Translations under genes and position numbers: made by a program | Part shown: piece by piece, positions 34,618-42,975 of the stretch | Layout: each line of letters begins with the position of its first letter | Numbering within the stretch: position 1 is the first letter of the stretch | Assembly (NCBI GenBank): GCA_949287905.1 | Contig: CASEHX010000009.1 | Location: 23,365 to 87,364, forward strand | DNA: 64,000 bases | Direction: 5' to 3' | DNA from: an uncultured Olsenella sp. | GTDB lineage: Bacteria > Actinomycetota > Coriobacteriia > Coriobacteriales > Atopobiaceae | The notes under the pieces: generated by a model | Told to the model about the DNA's origin: nothing | Seen by the model: the letters and a program-made list of their open reading frames with translations, nothing else | Database searches by the model: none

Positions 34618-34791
34618 GGGTCTTGGCAGTTCCCGTGTTCCGCCATGCCATGTGCTACAACAGTGCGTGATCGTGTTCGCGCGCGGCAAGTAGCGCCAAC
34701 TCGGGGACATCGAGCCGCGCGAGGCCGCCTTCATCGCGATCGGCGTGGCGTGAGTGCGAGGCGTAGGCGAGAAGAACCTCGTGGGTTGTCC

Positions 34792-35340
34792 CTACGCCCA
34801 GCCGCGTGCCCGGAGCTCAGCGACCAGCGAATCGAGGTGGCTGCGCTCGCAGCCGTCGTAGCCCTCGCGCATCTGGGCGAGGGCCGTGGCCGAGCGCTCG
34901 CTGCCCCGGCGCGCCTCGCCCTCGAGCATCTTGAAGTAGATGCGCATCATGACCTTGTCGACCGCGCCGAGCCGCTCGAAGTGAAAGCCGCCCTGGCAGT
35001 AGCACCACGGCAGGTCGGGGTAGGCGTCTGCGGGGAAGGAGCATCGGAACGCCTCCTCGTGCTCGCTTGCGGGCCAGAGCTCGCAGGGCATGGGCGTGGC
35101 GCCCACGGCAACCACGGCATAGTGCTTCTCGCCGTGCGCCGCCATATAGGCCTGGAATCGTTTTGCCCCCTTGAGCGATGCCGCGTGGAACCAGCTACAG
35201 AGGACCACGAGGTTCGCGTCCGCGGCGGCGGCCTCGATTCGTTCGAGCGGGACCGCCCGGCATCCGAGCTCCCCCGCGAGCCAGTCGGCGTATCTCTTGG
35301 CAGAGCCCGTCTGTGAGCAGAAGGCGACGACCGCTCCCAT
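34792..35340 (-). CDS. flavodoxin domain-containing protein
   Basis: ATG 35340. MGAVVAFCSQTGSAKRYADWLAGELG... 182 aa. Confidence 0.75.
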   Translation of the reverse strand: MGAVVAFCSQTGSAKRYADWLAGELGCRAVPLERIEAAAADANLVVLCSWFHAASLKGAKRFQAYMAAHGEKHYAVVAVGATPMPCELWPASEHEEAFRCSFPADAYPDLPWCYCQGGFHFERLGAVDKVMMRIYFKMLEGEARRGSERSATALAQMREGYDGCERSHLDSLVAELRARGWA

Positions 35341-35471
35341 GGTGACCCCTTTCGACGGCAGGCGAATCACCCACGTTCTTCTCGCCAGTGTACGGGGTTG
35401 ACGTCAGCTCCCCGTAAGCCGCCTTTTCAATGCAATACCTGAAGGGCTATGGCCGTCGTCACGGCAGGCCG

Positions 35472-36107
35472 CTACCGTATGAAGTTCGTCTGCTGGCCGG
35501 TCTCCTGTGCGGGCAGCGGAACGCCGGCGGCGCGGCCCGCCTCGAGGCACTTGAGCATCCACGCCATGTTGCGTCCGAGCTGGCGCATGGTCCAGAGGCC
35601 CTCGGCGTCCTGCTCGGTCTCCTCGGCCACGTTGCCGTGCACGTTGTTCCAGTAGCGCGAGCTCACTACCGGCATCTGCGCGATGGTGAAGAACTTGTTG
35701 ATGTCGTCGAAGGCCGAGGTGGTTCCGCCGCGCCGGGCGCTTGCCACGGCAGCTGCTGGCTTGTACGCGAGCACGTTCTTCTCGCCCGCGCGTCCGTTGC
35801 TGTAGAAGAGGCGGTCCATGAAGCCCAGAAGCGACGCCGCGGCGTGCGCGTAGTGCACCGGCGCGCCAAAGATGAAGCCGTCGGCTTCGGCTGCCTTGGG
35901 GCGGAACTCGTTCACCACGTCGTCGAACGCGCAGCGGCCGAGCTTTGCGCACCCGCCGCAGGCCACACAGCCGCCCACGGGCCGCGCGCCGATCCAGAAG
36001 ATCTCCGACCCCACGCCCTCGGCCTCGAGCGTGCGCGCCACCTCCTCGAGCGCGCGGTTGGTGCTCCCCGCCTTGTGCGGGCTGCCGTTCACGAGCATGA
36101 CCTTCAT
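35472..36107 (-). CDS. flavodoxin-fold NADPH-dependent FMN reductase / iron-sulfur flavoprotein-like
   Basis: ATG 36107. MKVMLVNGSPHKAGSTNRALEEV...GGCVACGGCAKLGRC...FGAPVHYAHAAASL. Confidence 0.85.
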   Translation of the reverse strand: MKVMLVNGSPHKAGSTNRALEEVARTLEAEGVGSEIFWIGARPVGGCVACGGCAKLGRCAFDDVVNEFRPKAAEADGFIFGAPVHYAHAAASLLGFMDRLFYSNGRAGEKNVLAYKPAAAVASARRGGTTSAFDDINKFFTIAQMPVVSSRYWNNVHGNVAEETEQDAEGLWTMRQLGRNMAWMLKCLEAGRAAGVPLPAQETGQQTNFIR

Positions 36108-36138
36108 GGCATGTCCTCTTCCTATAAGTGCGACGTTG

Positions 36139-36408
36139 TTAGCGATCTTCGTAGTGACCTCGACAGGAGACGATGCGCACCACGTCTCCATCGACCCTGT
36201 AGGTGAGGCGGTTCTTCCCGTCTATGCGAACGCTGCTCAGACCCTCCTTTGAGTGTCTGAGCAGCTCGGACTTGCCGATTCCCGGCTCGGCTCCGCCGGT
36301 TCGCGCGATGTCCTTGAGCAGAGCGTTGATGCGGCGGAGGGTCCTCTTGTCCTGAGTGAGCCAGTACTGGTAGTCCGCCCAGGCCTGATCGTCCCAGAGG
36401 TACGGCAT
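36139..36408 (-). CDS. yoeB: YoeB/Txe-family type II toxin (mRNA interferase)
   Basis: 89 aa. WDDQAWADYQYWLTQDKRTLRRINALLKDIARTG...LLRHSKEGLSSVRIDGKNRLTYRVDGDVVRIVSCRGHY. Confidence 0.9.
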   Translation of the reverse strand: MPYLWDDQAWADYQYWLTQDKRTLRRINALLKDIARTGGAEPGIGKSELLRHSKEGLSSVRIDGKNRLTYRVDGDVVRIVSCRGHYEDR

Positions 36409-36410
36409 CC

Positions 36411-36671
36411 CTAGACCTCCACGAGGTCGTGCTCGGTCTCGTTTCCGTCGCGCATGGCGCGATAGCGGGTGTCCATCTCCGCAGCATATTCAGCCTCACT
36501 CGGGGTGCGTCGGCGCACGTCAAAGGGGAAGCCGCCGTCCTCCACAAAGCGCTTCATGAAGACCGTGAGTGCCGAGGTGGCGCTCAGTCCGAGTTCCTCT
36601 GCCGTCGCCTCGAACGCTCGCTTGAGATTGATGTCAACGCGGTTGCCGAGAGGTGTGGTTGTGGTAGCCAT
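36411..36671 (-). CDS. RelB/DinJ-family antitoxin
   Basis: 86 aa. RVDINLKRAFEATAEELGLSATSALTVFMKRFVEDGGFPFDV. Its stop is 2 nt before the yoeB start. Confidence 0.85.
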   Translation of the reverse strand: MATTTTPLGNRVDINLKRAFEATAEELGLSATSALTVFMKRFVEDGGFPFDVRRRTPSEAEYAAEMDTRYRAMRDGNETEHDLVEV

Positions 36672-36726
36672 GTCGACTCCTTACTACAATTGATGTTGTA
36701 TTGATTCTATCCAATATCAATTGAAT

Positions 36727-37638
36727 TCAAACATCGACATATGATTCTGATTGTTGTCTTTCGCGAACGAGCTCAAGGAACCGTCGCGCGGCGTCGCCGA
36801 GGGGGACGTCGCGCTTCCAGGCGAGGTCGATGACCGAGACGAGCGGCGGGAAGAGCAGGCGAAACTCCAGCCCCGTGCCCGGGCCCACGGCCGTGAGCCC
36901 GTCGAAGGAGAGCATGCGGCCCACGCCCTCGCGCACGAGCAGGGCGCCGTTGTAGGCGAGGTTGTACGTCGCCGCGACGTTGGTCTCAGCAGCGCGCTCC
37001 CCAAACCACGTGGCGAGAGGCCCGGTGAGCTTGTCGCCCTTGGCGTGGCGCTCCGGCACAATGAGCGGCGCGTCGAGGAGGTCGGCAGGGCTTACAGCCT
37101 CGCGTGCGACCAGCGGGTCGTCGTCGCGCAGGAGGATGCCCCAGGCGTCGGTGGGGGAGAGGCGCAGATGGGCGTAGCGGTCCACGTCGGGATAGCTCAT
37201 GAGCACGGAGAAGTCGTCGACGCCGTGCTCCAGGCGCTCGATGAGGTCCGGCGCGTTGCCGCTGTGCAGGTGGAAGCGCACGCCGGGGTACTTCTCGCGA
37301 AAGGCGCGCACGTGGCGGGCGATGACGCGCAGGCCCTCCGACTCTCCGGCGCCGATGAAGACGTCGCCCTCCACGATGTCCTCGCCGTGCGTGAGGTCCG
37401 CCGTGGTCTGGTCCGCGAGGCTCACGATCTCCTGCGCGCGACGTCGCAGGTAGAGGCCCTTCTCGGTGGGTGTGACGCTGCGGCTGTGGCGCTCGAGGAG
37501 CGGAGCGCCGAGCTCGCGCTCCAGCGCGGCGATCTGCCGGGAGAGCGCGGGCTGCGTCACGTGCAGCGCCTCCGCGGCGCGCGACATGGTGCCGTGCTCG
37601 CAGACGGCGAGAAAGTAGCGAAGCGTGCGGAGTTCCAT
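36727..37638 (-). CDS. LysR-family transcriptional regulator
   Basis: MELRTLRYFLAVCEHGTMSRAAEALHVTQPALSRQIAALEREL. 303 aa. Divergent from the 37756-40381 cluster. Confidence 0.9.
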   Translation of the reverse strand: MELRTLRYFLAVCEHGTMSRAAEALHVTQPALSRQIAALERELGAPLLERHSRSVTPTEKGLYLRRRAQEIVSLADQTTADLTHGEDIVEGDVFIGAGESEGLRVIARHVRAFREKYPGVRFHLHSGNAPDLIERLEHGVDDFSVLMSYPDVDRYAHLRLSPTDAWGILLRDDDPLVAREAVSPADLLDAPLIVPERHAKGDKLTGPLATWFGERAAETNVAATYNLAYNGALLVREGVGRMLSFDGLTAVGPGTGLEFRLLFPPLVSVIDLAWKRDVPLGDAARRFLELVRERQQSESYVDV

Positions 37639-37713
37639 GGGTGCTCCATTACATCGGAGAATATCACGATATGCAATATAAGCAATTGTAGCGCATCCCC
37701 CCGCGACGGAGAA

Positions 37714-37742
37714 TGTGACAAAGGGACAGTCCCTTTGTCACA
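37714..37742. repeat. palindromic hairpin element, family P (P8)
   Basis: tgtgacaaagggacagtccctttgtcaca. It ends 13 nt before the GTG 37756 start. Confidence 0.75.
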
Positions 37743-37755
37743 TGGGGGGTCGGAC

Positions 37756-38109
37756 GTGAGGGTTGAGCTGCGGATAGGCGAGGCTGTGGTGCCGGTGGAG
37801 CTGAACGGGTCCGCCGCCGCATGCGAGCTCGCGGCGCGGCTCCCCCAGGTGCTCTCCATGAGCGTCTCGAGCGTGGGGTGCTGCGGACAGCTGCCCTTCT
37901 CGCTGCCGCACGGCGCTGCCGACGTTCACCCCGGCTGGTCCGACGGCGACCTCAACTACAAGCCCGAGGGCGACTGGCTCGCACTCTTCTTCGACGACGA
38001 ACGCAACTCCGCACGCTACGGCGGGCAGCTCACGCTGGGCCACGCGGTGGGGCCGCTCGACGCGCTGCGCGGCTTTTCGGGAGCCCACGAAGTGCGCATT
38101 GAGCTGTGA
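37756..38109 (+). CDS. cyclophilin-like superfamily protein (stand-alone)
   Basis: GTG 37756 after a GGGGGG run. VRVELRIGEAVVPVELNGSAAACELAARLP...GDLNYKPEGDWLALFFDD resembles the C-terminal domain of the 32002-33384 product. The start is uncertain. Confidence 0.65.
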   Translation: MRVELRIGEAVVPVELNGSAAACELAARLPQVLSMSVSSVGCCGQLPFSLPHGAADVHPGWSDGDLNYKPEGDWLALFFDDERNSARYGGQLTLGHAVGPLDALRGFSGAHEVRIEL

Positions 38110-38138
38110 AATCAAACGGTTGAGAGATAGGAGCAACC

Positions 38139-38882
38139 ATGGAAGAAGCAACAGATACGAGCACACTGACCTGCGGCATGGCACGGCTGGCGCCCACGGA
38201 CCCGGAGTTCGCGGAGCGCTTCGCCTACTTCGCGGGCGCGGAGGTCCCCGGCGAGCCCACAGCCGAGCTCCCGACGCGCGAGCGCTACCTCGCGATTTTG
38301 GCGGCGCTTCTCGGCTGCCTGGGCGCAGAGCAGTTCCGCGCCACGCTGGCCGAGGCGCTCGACGCTGAGGCTGTCACCCCCGTTGAGGCACGCGAGGTCG
38401 TCTACCAGGGCACGGCGTATCTCGGCATCGGCCGGACCCGCCCGTTCTTCTCGGCCATGAACGAGGTGTTTGCCGAGAAGGGCGTTGAGCTCCCGCTGCC
38501 CGCGCAGGCCACCACGACGCTCGAGACGCGCGGCGCCGCGGGCAACCAGAAGCAGGTCGACTACTTTGGCGAGCACATGCGCGAGAGTTGGAAGACCTGC
38601 CCCGCAGAGCGCGCCAACGTGAACCTGTGGCTCGCGGAGAACTGCTTCGGCGACTACTACACGCGCAGCGGCCTCTCGGACCTCGACCGCGAGATGGTCA
38701 CGTTCTGCTACCTCGTGGCGCAGGGCGGCTGCGAGCCGCAGGCCACCGCGCACGCCGGGGCCAACCTCAACCTCGGACGCACGAGGGGCTTCCTCTACCG
38801 CGTGGTCATGCAGATCCTGCCCTACATCGGCTACCCGCGCAGTCTGAACGCGCTTTCCTGCATCGACAACGCCGCCAAATGA
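38139..38882 (+). CDS. carboxymuconolactone decarboxylase (CMD/AhpD-like) family protein, two-domain
   Basis: 247 aa. DLDREMVTFCYLVAQGGCEPQATAHAGANLNLG...ILPYIGYPRSLNAL. Confidence 0.85.
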   Translation: MEEATDTSTLTCGMARLAPTDPEFAERFAYFAGAEVPGEPTAELPTRERYLAILAALLGCLGAEQFRATLAEALDAEAVTPVEAREVVYQGTAYLGIGRTRPFFSAMNEVFAEKGVELPLPAQATTTLETRGAAGNQKQVDYFGEHMRESWKTCPAERANVNLWLAENCFGDYYTRSGLSDLDREMVTFCYLVAQGGCEPQATAHAGANLNLGRTRGFLYRVVMQILPYIGYPRSLNALSCIDNAAK

Positions 38883-38908
38883 TACGAAGAGACTGCCCCT
38901 TCGTATCA
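38880..38908. repeat. palindromic hairpin element, family P (P9)
   Basis: tgatacgaagagactgccccttcgtatca. The TGA is the CMD gene stop. The element ends 19 nt before the cupin ATG. Confidence 0.75.
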
Positions 38909-38926
38909 TCGAGCAAAGGAGAGACC

Positions 38927-39346
38927 ATGAGCGAGAAGAGCGGCTTCGCCCCCATGTTCGGGATGGGCGACCCCAACGACGCGTACGCCCAGTACTTCAT
39001 CGGCAACTCGTACCTCAATCCGCTGACCAGCGCCGCGGAGTGCGGCGTCGGCCTCGCCAACGTTACCTTTGAGCCGGGGTGCCGCAACAACTGGCACATC
39101 CACCACGCCGACAAGGGCGGCGGGCAGATCCTCATCTGCACCGACGGTCGCGGCTGGTACCAGGAGTGGGGCAAGGACCCGCAGGAGCTCACGCCCGGCG
39201 CCGTCGTGGTGATCCCCGAGGGCGTGAAGCACTGGCACGGCGCCGCGCGCGACAGCTGGTTCAGCCACATCGCCTTCGAGGCGCCGGGCGAGAACTGCAG
39301 CAACGAGTGGCTCGAGCCCGTCACGGACGAGCAGTACCCGGCGTAG
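38927..39346 (+). CDS. cupin domain-containing protein
   Basis: ATG 38927 after AAAGGAGAGA. VTFEPGCRNNWHIHHADKGGGQILICTDGRGW...IPEGVKHWHGA. Confidence 0.85.
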   Translation: MSEKSGFAPMFGMGDPNDAYAQYFIGNSYLNPLTSAAECGVGLANVTFEPGCRNNWHIHHADKGGGQILICTDGRGWYQEWGKDPQELTPGAVVVIPEGVKHWHGAARDSWFSHIAFEAPGENCSNEWLEPVTDEQYPA

Positions 39347-40381
39347 GTGAGCAATATGGCAGACATGAACTACACGACGCTCGGACACTCCGGCATCAAG
39401 ATCTCGCGGCTCTGTCTGGGTGGCATGAGCTTCGGCGCGCCCTCGACCGACTTCCACCAGTGGACGATCGGCCCGGACGAGACCCACGCGGTGATCGCTC
39501 GCGCGCTCGATCTGGGTGTGAACTTCATCGACACGGCCAACTGCTACGCGCACGGCACGAGCGAGGAGTACATCGGCACCGCCCTGCGCGACCTGGGCGT
39601 GGCGCGCGACCAGGTGGTTCTCGCCAGCAAGGTCTTCTTCAACGAGGGCGGACTCTCGCGCGAGGCAATCAACCGCGAGATCGACGGCACGCTCACGCGC
39701 CTGGGCACGGACTACCTGGATCTCTACATCATCCACCGCTTCGACTACGCCACGCCGATCGAGGAGACCATGGAGGCCCTCGACGCCCTCGTGCGCGCCG
39801 GCAAGGTGCGCGCCCTGGGCGCGAGCGCGATGTACGCCTACCAGCTCCACAACATGCAGGTTACGGCCGAGCAGAACGGCTGGACCCCGTTCACGAGCAT
39901 GCAGTGCCACTACAACCTGCTCTACCGCGAGGACGAGCGCGAGATGATCCCGGTGTGCCGCCAGTTCGGCATGGCGCTCACGCCGTACAGCCCGCTTGCG
40001 TCCGGGCATCTGTGCCGCCCCACCTGGGACTCCGCGTCCAAGCGCTCGACGACCGACGCCACGATGCGCAACAAGTACGACGCCGACCGCGAGCGCGACA
40101 TGCCCATCGTCGCGCGCGTGGCAGAGCTGGCCGAGAAGCGCGGCGTGCCCATGTCGCGCATCGCGCTCGCCTGGCACTGGGCGCGCGGCGTGGAGGCGCC
40201 CATCGTGGGCTGCTCGTCGCCGGCACGCGTGGAAGACGCGGTGGCGGCGCTCGACGTGGCGCTCACGCCCGAGGAGGTCGCCTACCTCGAGGAGCCGTAC
40301 GTCGCGCACGAGCTCGTGGGCCCGGCAGCCCGCCCCGGCGAGAAGCCCCTCGCGGGCACCACGAACCCCAACGCAAAGTAG
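39347..40381 (+). CDS. aldo/keto reductase
   Basis: LGHSGIKISRLCLGGMSFG...IDTANCYAHGTSEE...LDLYIIHRFD. The start is GTG 39347 or ATG 39356/39365. Confidence 0.9.
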   Translation: MSNMADMNYTTLGHSGIKISRLCLGGMSFGAPSTDFHQWTIGPDETHAVIARALDLGVNFIDTANCYAHGTSEEYIGTALRDLGVARDQVVLASKVFFNEGGLSREAINREIDGTLTRLGTDYLDLYIIHRFDYATPIEETMEALDALVRAGKVRALGASAMYAYQLHNMQVTAEQNGWTPFTSMQCHYNLLYREDEREMIPVCRQFGMALTPYSPLASGHLCRPTWDSASKRSTTDATMRNKYDADRERDMPIVARVAELAEKRGVPMSRIALAWHWARGVEAPIVGCSSPARVEDAVAALDVALTPEEVAYLEEPYVAHELVGPAARPGEKPLAGTTNPNAK

Positions 40382-40460
40382 GCCAGGACGGGACACCGCT
40401 CCGGCGAGTGGTTCGAGCTGACGGCGGACGAGCGGTGTCCGGCATAGGGGCGAACCAAGA

Positions 40461-40505
40461 AACGCGTCGAGTGCGCGCCTGCCAGCGCACATTCGACGCG
40501 TTTTG
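40461..40505 (+). terminator. rho-independent-type terminator after the aldo/keto reductase cluster
   Basis: aacgcgtcgagtgcgc...gcgcacattcgacgcgtttt. Further hairpins lie at 40389-40440 and 40531-40567. Confidence 0.6.
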
Positions 40506-40613
40506 TGTCCAACCGGACGTTTTTCTCGCCGAATGCGCGCTCTTGAAGGTGGTTGGGCGCGCATTCGTCGCGATTAGTGACTGCCCGGAAGCGGCTCCTC
40601 TGACACCCTCTTC

Positions 40614-40886
40614 CTAGGCGAGAAGCGCGGCGTGCTCCGGGTGCTTCTCGAACCAGCTGACTGCGTACGAGCACGTGGGGCGCGCGTAGTAGCCGCTCGC
40701 GGCGATGCTCGCAACGGCACGGCCCAGGAGCTCTCCGGCGACGCCCTGGCCGCGCAGGCTCTCGTCCACGAAGGTGTGGTTGATCTCAACGATGCCGGGC
40801 TCCACCACGGGGAAGGTCACCTCGGCCAGGACGTTCCATGCCTCGTCCAGCACCTGCACGCGGTCGCGCTCCATGATCCAGTCCAT
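40614..40886 (-). CDS. small GNAT-fold N-acetyltransferase (YjdJ-like)
   Basis: ATG 40886 after GAAGGAGG. 90 aa. HTFVDESLRGQGVAGELLGRAV...ARPTCSYAVSWFEKHPE. Confidence 0.85.
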   Translation of the reverse strand: MDWIMERDRVQVLDEAWNVLAEVTFPVVEPGIVEINHTFVDESLRGQGVAGELLGRAVASIAASGYYARPTCSYAVSWFEKHPEHAALLA

Positions 40887-40945
40887 GCTGCCTCCTTCGA
40901 TTGCGGTCTGCGGGGCTATTGTCTCACACGACAACGGGTAGGAAA

Positions 40946-40974
40946 TGATACGAAGGGACAGTCCCTTCGTATCA
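40946..40974. repeat. palindromic hairpin element, family P (P10)
   Basis: tgatacgaagggacagtcccttcgtatca. It ends 19 nt before the corA ATG. Confidence 0.8.
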
Positions 40975-40993
40975 TTGGCGAGTGGAGGCGGGT

Positions 40994-41926
40994 ATGGCAC
41001 GGGCTTGGCACATCGCAAACGGGCACCTCGCAACGGGCGAGAAGGACGGCGGGCACGTCGTCACCCTCCTGCGCCTGGAGGAGGCACGGGCGCGCACCCT
41101 CTCTCACACGCAGCGCGAGGTCCTCGACCAGCTTGAGCACGCCGCGATGCCCTTTTTGGAGCGCACGTCCACCGGCGCGGCGGGCCTCGTGGTCACGCCG
41201 AGCGGGCGCCGTCGCTTTGGCTTCATCCTCACCCCCGACGAGCTGGTGCTCATTGACGACGGGGACGTCTGCGCCACGGCGCTCGGCCGTGCCGTGGAGG
41301 ACCGGGCTCGCATCGAGGGGCCAGCCGGCGCGCTCTGTGCGCTTCTCCGCGAGCTGCTGCGCGACCACCCCGCGCGCCTCTCTCGCATGCGCGAGGACTT
41401 CGAGCTGATGGAGCAGCAGGTCCTCGAGGGCCGCGAGCGACCCGACCGGCGCAAGATGATGGCGGACTCGCGTCGCATGCTGGGGCTCGACACGTTCTAC
41501 CAGGGAATGTCCGACCTCGCTGCGGACCTTGCCGAGGACGACTCCGGCCTTGTGGCGCCCGCGGACCGCGCGAGGCTCCGCTCGTTCGCGCGCCTGCTGG
41601 GCCGGCTCGCCACGCGTCTTGAGTCGCTGCAGGACTACAGCCTGCAGGTGCACAGCCTCTACCAGGAGTCCATCGACGTGCGTCAGAACAACGTCATGCA
41701 GTGGCTCACGGTGGTGACCACGATCGTGATGCCGCTCACCTTTGTCACCGGTTGGTACGGCATGAACTTCCCGCACATGGCGCTCTTCGACGTGCCGTGG
41801 GGCTACGCCGCGGTGATCGTGGTGTGCGTTGTGATCGTAGCCATCGAGGTGGCGTTCTTCTGGCATCACGGCTGGCTGAGCTTTGGCGAGTGGCGCCACG
41901 GTGACAGACGGCGTCACAGGTCCTAA
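40994..41926 (+). CDS. corA: CorA-family magnesium/cobalt transporter
   Basis: C-terminal MQWLTVVTTIVMPLTFVTGWYGMNF carries the GMN motif, followed by a second TM helix. Confidence 0.85.
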   Translation: MARAWHIANGHLATGEKDGGHVVTLLRLEEARARTLSHTQREVLDQLEHAAMPFLERTSTGAAGLVVTPSGRRRFGFILTPDELVLIDDGDVCATALGRAVEDRARIEGPAGALCALLRELLRDHPARLSRMREDFELMEQQVLEGRERPDRRKMMADSRRMLGLDTFYQGMSDLAADLAEDDSGLVAPADRARLRSFARLLGRLATRLESLQDYSLQVHSLYQESIDVRQNNVMQWLTVVTTIVMPLTFVTGWYGMNFPHMALFDVPWGYAAVIVVCVVIVAIEVAFFWHHGWLSFGEWRHGDRRRHRS

Positions 41927-41930
41927 GCTG

Positions 41931-42056
41931 CCCACTTATGCACGAGCGGGCCGCGGGTCAATCCGGTTGCGTTGTATATGTGCGCAGCTAGACGGCTTAC
42001 ATGGTTCTTCTCGCCAAGCGAGAAGGTCCAACCGCTCGTGCAAAAGTCAGGGATTG
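41931..42056 (+). mobile_element. MITE-like element family M2, copy A
   Basis: The left end cccacttatgcacgagcgg pairs with the right end ccgctcgtgcaaaagtcagggattg. An internal inverted pair CTTCTCGCcaaGCGAGAAG lies at 42007-42025. Confidence 0.55.
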
Positions 42057-42097
42057 CGCTAGGATATCGCGCATCAGGTTCGTCTGAGGAGGCTCGC

Positions 42098-42790
42098 ATG
42101 GCTGGCTTGGACTACACGACGCGCGACAAGGTCCTGTGGGGCGCGCTGGCTGCCTTGTGTCTGGCGAGCGCGGCGGCCTACGTCTTCTGGGCGCTGCCCG
42201 CGATGCCGGAGACGGTGCCCACGCACTGGGGCGTGGACGGCACGGCTGACGGCTGGAGCGACAAGGGCTCCACGATCTTCATGGGCGCGCTCATGCCGCT
42301 TTTGATGCTGGCGCTGCTCTTTGCCGTGCCGTACCTCGACCCGCGCGGTGAGAGCTTCAACCGCTTCAAGGGCATCTACCAGGGATTCTCTGTGGCGTTT
42401 ACCGTGTTCATGGTGGCTGTGGGCTGGCTCACGCCGGCAACGGCGCTCGGCGTCCTCCCAACTGCGGGCAGCTCCTTCGTCAACATCATCGTCTTTGGCT
42501 TCCTGGGCCTCCTGTTCGTGGGCCTTGGCGTTGCGATGCCGCACATCGAGCCCAACTACACCTTTGGCGTCCGCCTGCCCTGGACGCTCGCGGACCCGGA
42601 GAACTGGCGCCGCACGCATCGCTTCGCGGGCCCGGTCTTTGTGGTCATGGGCGTGGTCACGCTCGCCTCGGCCCTTCTCGCCTCGGCAGCTCCGGAGCTC
42701 ACGTTGACCGTGCTGCTCGTGGCCCTTCTCGGTGGCGTGGCGCTCGTCACGCTCTACAGCTTCCTCCTCTGGAAGCGCGTCATCCGATAG
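42098..42790 (+). CDS. SdpI/YfhL-like (DUF1648) membrane protein
   Basis: ATG 42098 after GAGGAGG. ETVPTHWGVDGTADGWSDKG (DUF1648 motif), then SdpI-type TM helices. Confidence 0.8.
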   Translation: MAGLDYTTRDKVLWGALAALCLASAAAYVFWALPAMPETVPTHWGVDGTADGWSDKGSTIFMGALMPLLMLALLFAVPYLDPRGESFNRFKGIYQGFSVAFTVFMVAVGWLTPATALGVLPTAGSSFVNIIVFGFLGLLFVGLGVAMPHIEPNYTFGVRLPWTLADPENWRRTHRFAGPVFVVMGVVTLASALLASAAPELTLTVLLVALLGGVALVTLYSFLLWKRVIR

Positions 42791-42810
42791 GTGTCGCTCG
42801 CTTGCGCAAG

Positions 42811-42937
42811 CTCCGACTTATGCACGAGCGCACCGCCCCTCTCGGCTGACGAGAAAACGGTGCGACTCGTCTACCTGTGCGTATACGACTTCTAATCATC
42901 GAAACCACCTGTTTGCTCGTGCAAAAGTCAGGGATTG
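42811..42937 (+). mobile_element. MITE-like element family M2, copy B
   Basis: Left end ctccgacttatgcacgagcgc, right end ttgctcgtgcaaaagtcagggattg. Same orientation as copy A. Confidence 0.55.
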
Positions 42938-42942
42938 TGCCG

Positions 42943-42975
42943 TGATCCAAAAGGGGACAGTCCCCTTTTGAATCA
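42943..42975. repeat. palindromic hairpin element, family P (P11)
   Basis: tgatccaaaaggggacagtccccttttgaatca. TCA 42973-42975 is the ABC-F stop on the minus strand. Confidence 0.8.
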
